This document shows, one piece after another, positions 62,039 through 64,000 of a stretch of DNA of 64,000 nt. The translations under genes were made by a program, and so were the position numbers. Source of the DNA: Candidatus Saccharimonadales bacterium (GTDB taxonomy: Bacteria; Patescibacteriota; Saccharimonadia; Saccharimonadales; UBA4665); the NCBI GenBank assembly GCA_038237095.1, contig JBBRZB010000001.1, positions 38,019-102,018 of the forward strand. The letters run 5' to 3'. Position 1 is the stretch's first letter. Every line of letters begins with the position of its first letter. Under the pieces are notes generated by a model. The model searched no databases and had not been told where the DNA came from. It saw only the letters and a list, made by a program, of their open reading frames with translations.

Positions 62039-62345
62039 GGCTGGATTCCGAGAACGGGTTGAGGCTGTAGTGGCACAAATTCCGAAAGGCAGGGTCATGA
62101 CCTATGGCCAGTTAGCGGCGCTCTGCGGAAACGCTCGCGCGGCTCGGATTGTTGGGGGAATCGCTCACTTTGGGGATCCCGATTTACCTTGGCAACGAGT
62201 AGTAAATAAACAAGGAGGTCTTGCGCGTGGTTACCCCGGTGGAAGGCACGGTCATGCGGACGCATTGCGAGCTGAAGGTGTAACAGTTTCAGATGATTTA
62301 ACGGTGGTCGTTGGGGAGCTTTTGTGGTCACCAATACAACAGTAG
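62025..62345 (+). CDS. alkyltransferase-like (ATL) protein: MGMT DNA-binding domain without the acceptor Cys
   Basis: IPKGRVMTYGQLAAL...AARIVG...LPWQRVV. The canonical PCHRV active site reads PWQRV. Confidence 0.72.
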   Translation: MESPEAGFRERVEAVVAQIPKGRVMTYGQLAALCGNARAARIVGGIAHFGDPDLPWQRVVNKQGGLARGYPGGRHGHADALRAEGVTVSDDLTVVVGELLWSPIQQ

Positions 62346-63211
62346 AACCATTGTTAGTTTTGGTAGGTGAAACAGCAAGTGGAAAGTCAGCTTTGGCACT
62401 CGAGTTAGCCGACCGCTTAAACGGCGAGATTATCTGTGCCGATAGCTGGACGGTGCGCCGGGAGGTGAACATTGGTACTGCCAAACCTCCACTAGAGGAC
62501 CTTGTTCGCGTGCCGCATCATCTTATCGATATCGTTGGTCCAGATGAAGATTTCACGGCTGCCGTGTTTAAAGGGAGAGCCCTAGAGGCGGTGCACGAGA
62601 TTACTAAACGGGGGAAGCTCCCGATTTTGGTTGGTGGCACTGGTCTTTACGTTGATGGCATCTTATATGACTACGGCTTTCTACCAGAAGGTGATCGTGC
62701 TGCTCGTGAAGCATTAAACGTACTAACCAACGATCAGCTCATCGGCATGATTGCTGATAAAGGCTTGGAACTCGGTGACATTGATACGGGTAATAAGCGG
62801 CGTTTAATTAGACTAATTGAGACCAATGGGGCTGTGGCAACACGCCAAGAAGTGCGTCCGAACACACTCGTTATTGGCATAAAAATCGACCGAACAGTAT
62901 TGTATGCGCGTATTGAAAAGCGAGTCGATGCGATGCTCGTAAACGGCCTTGAAGCCGAAGTAAAGGGCCTTGAAGAGCGCTATGGCTGGGACTGCGAAGG
63001 ATTAAAAGGCGTGGGCTATTCGCAGTGGCGAGACTACTTTACTGGTAGCCAAACGCTGTATGAAACGAGGGCTAAAATTATCAAAGCAACGCAAGATTTA
63101 GCCAAACGACAGCGTACCTGGTTTAAGCGTAACAAAAGTATTCGCTGGTTTTCAGCCCCTGTTAATACGACTGATGTTGTAGACCTAGTCACAACGTCTT
63201 TGTACAAATAA
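62324..63211 (+). CDS. miaA: tRNA dimethylallyltransferase
   Basis: P-loop VGETASGKSALALELA, IICADSWTVRREVNIGTAKP and PHHLID. GTG start overlaps the ATL gene. Confidence 0.9.
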   Translation: MVTNTTVEPLLVLVGETASGKSALALELADRLNGEIICADSWTVRREVNIGTAKPPLEDLVRVPHHLIDIVGPDEDFTAAVFKGRALEAVHEITKRGKLPILVGGTGLYVDGILYDYGFLPEGDRAAREALNVLTNDQLIGMIADKGLELGDIDTGNKRRLIRLIETNGAVATRQEVRPNTLVIGIKIDRTVLYARIEKRVDAMLVNGLEAEVKGLEERYGWDCEGLKGVGYSQWRDYFTGSQTLYETRAKIIKATQDLAKRQRTWFKRNKSIRWFSAPVNTTDVVDLVTTSLYK

Positions 63212-63248
63212 CCTTGGGTAATGAACTGCTTATTGGTACAATAGATTT

Positions 63249-63860
63249 ATGGTCGAACAACTCTTTGGGTCAAAAACACGTGTTAAGCTCTTGCAGCTTT
63301 TTTATAGTAATCCGAATCGATCGTTTTATGTCAGAGAGATTACCCGCAAAATTGATGAGCAAATTAACTCGGTTCGCCGCGAGCTCAGCAACTTATTAAG
63401 TATTGGAATAATTGTATCCGACAATACCAACAACCGACTCTATTATGAAGTCAATCAAAAGTACGAGTACTACTCGCCGCTGCAGGAAATTTTTGGCGGC
63501 GGCGTCAAAAAGACGATTAGCCGTAAAGCTGCTGCCGCGCAGCCGGACGACCCACAGGCCGTTGCTCAAGCCGACCTAAAGTCAGTTGGTCATATAGACC
63601 TTGCTGTCTATACCGGACAATTCACGCGCGATGAAACATCAGGCGTTGATTTCTTCATCGTGGGTGAAGTTAACCCAAATGCTTTGCAGAAGTACGTTGA
63701 TGAGCTGGAGATTAAAGAAGGCAAGAGCATACGTTATACAGTCATGAGCTTACCTGATTTTCAGTACCGTCAACAGATACGCGATCGCTTCGCGGTGGCC
63801 ATTGCTGGCTCGAAGAAGCAAGTGTTAGTTGATCTTCATAACTTATTAGACGAATCGTAA
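63249..63860 (+). CDS. winged-helix (ArsR-like) DNA-binding protein
   Basis: N-terminal LFGSKTRVKLLQLFYSNPNRSFYVREITRKIDEQINSVRRELSNLLSIGII. The C-terminal domain is of unknown function. Confidence 0.6.
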   Translation: MVEQLFGSKTRVKLLQLFYSNPNRSFYVREITRKIDEQINSVRRELSNLLSIGIIVSDNTNNRLYYEVNQKYEYYSPLQEIFGGGVKKTISRKAAAAQPDDPQAVAQADLKSVGHIDLAVYTGQFTRDETSGVDFFIVGEVNPNALQKYVDELEIKEGKSIRYTVMSLPDFQYRQQIRDRFAVAIAGSKKQVLVDLHNLLDES

Positions 63861-63875
63861 AAGGGGAACAGACAC

Positions 63876-64000
63876 ATGGATTTACAGTTTTATGGTGCTA
63901 ATTGCCTGAGTATTGGTTATAAAGGGCGCCGTTTAGTTATTGATGACAACCTGGCCGATTTAGGAGCTAAAACAGTCGTGAAAGCCGATGACACGGTGTT
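63876..64000 (+). CDS. partial ORF (5' end only), possibly an MBL-fold hydrolase
   Basis: MDLQFYGANCLSIGYKGRRLVIDDNLADLGAK.. resembles the N-termini of MBL-fold proteins. It is truncated by the window edge. Confidence 0.35.
   Translation, partial: MDLQFYGANCLSIGYKGRRLVIDDNLADLGAKTVVKADDTV

Noticed and set aside
63214-63399. 61-aa ORF overlapping the start of the winged-helix gene
   Set aside because: It is out of frame with a longer ORF (63249-63860) that has a recognisable wHTH N-terminus, and there is no separate SD.
1-64000. Alternative genetic code (UGA recoded, as in some CPR lineages)
   Set aside because: Several well-defined genes terminate at TGA exactly where the homologous protein ends or where the next gene starts (e.g. 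31479-31481 and 62036-62038). Long ORFs are intact under code 11.

Overview
This is a gene-dense chromosomal window with about 65 protein genes and 5 tRNAs, read with the standard code (TGA is used as a stop, e.g. at 31479-31481 and 62036-62038). There is no rRNA, CRISPR array, transposase or prophage. The gene content suggests a reduced-genome Patescibacteria/CPR organism, possibly Saccharibacteria-like; this is inference only. The basis is a complete type IV pilus (T4P) locus with no secretin, a fused OtsA-OtsB, many short or overlapping intergenic junctions, and several housekeeping proteins with low-complexity tails.

Housekeeping genes fill most of the window:
- 1-25 kb: mutM, holA, rpsT, truB, rpsO, pnp, RNase J, ftsK, rpsF-ssb-rpsR, efp, tlyA and ychF.
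- 49-64 kb: xer, ndk, nrdR, thrS and miaA.

The accessory-looking content is as follows:
1. A tandemly duplicated two-gene cassette lies at 30.9-36.9 kb. Each copy pairs a single-pass membrane protein with a large secreted protein. The two large proteins share a 327-aa C-terminal domain that I cannot assign to any family.
2. That cassette sits directly upstream of, and co-directional with, a 12.3-kb T4P locus at 37.0-49.3 kb: pilM, pilN-like, pilO-like, pilB, pilT, pilC, five prepilins, pilD and a PilX-like protein.
3. A marR-MMPL-MFS unit.
4. An uncharacterised gene pair at 25.5-26.6 kb in which a ParB/Srx-like fold appears split across the two ORFs.
5. Two tandem membrane-anchored GH26-like hydrolases.
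6. A processive GT2 synthase with a small membrane partner.

The main noncoding candidates are a T-box-like attenuator upstream of thrS, an orphan intrinsic terminator (possible sRNA), a roughly 340-nt structured spacer bounded by two terminators, a class-II-positioned Crp/Fnr-type site, a MarR-type operator, and several promoters placed for leaderless translation.

All family calls come from motif recognition by eye. No database search was run.
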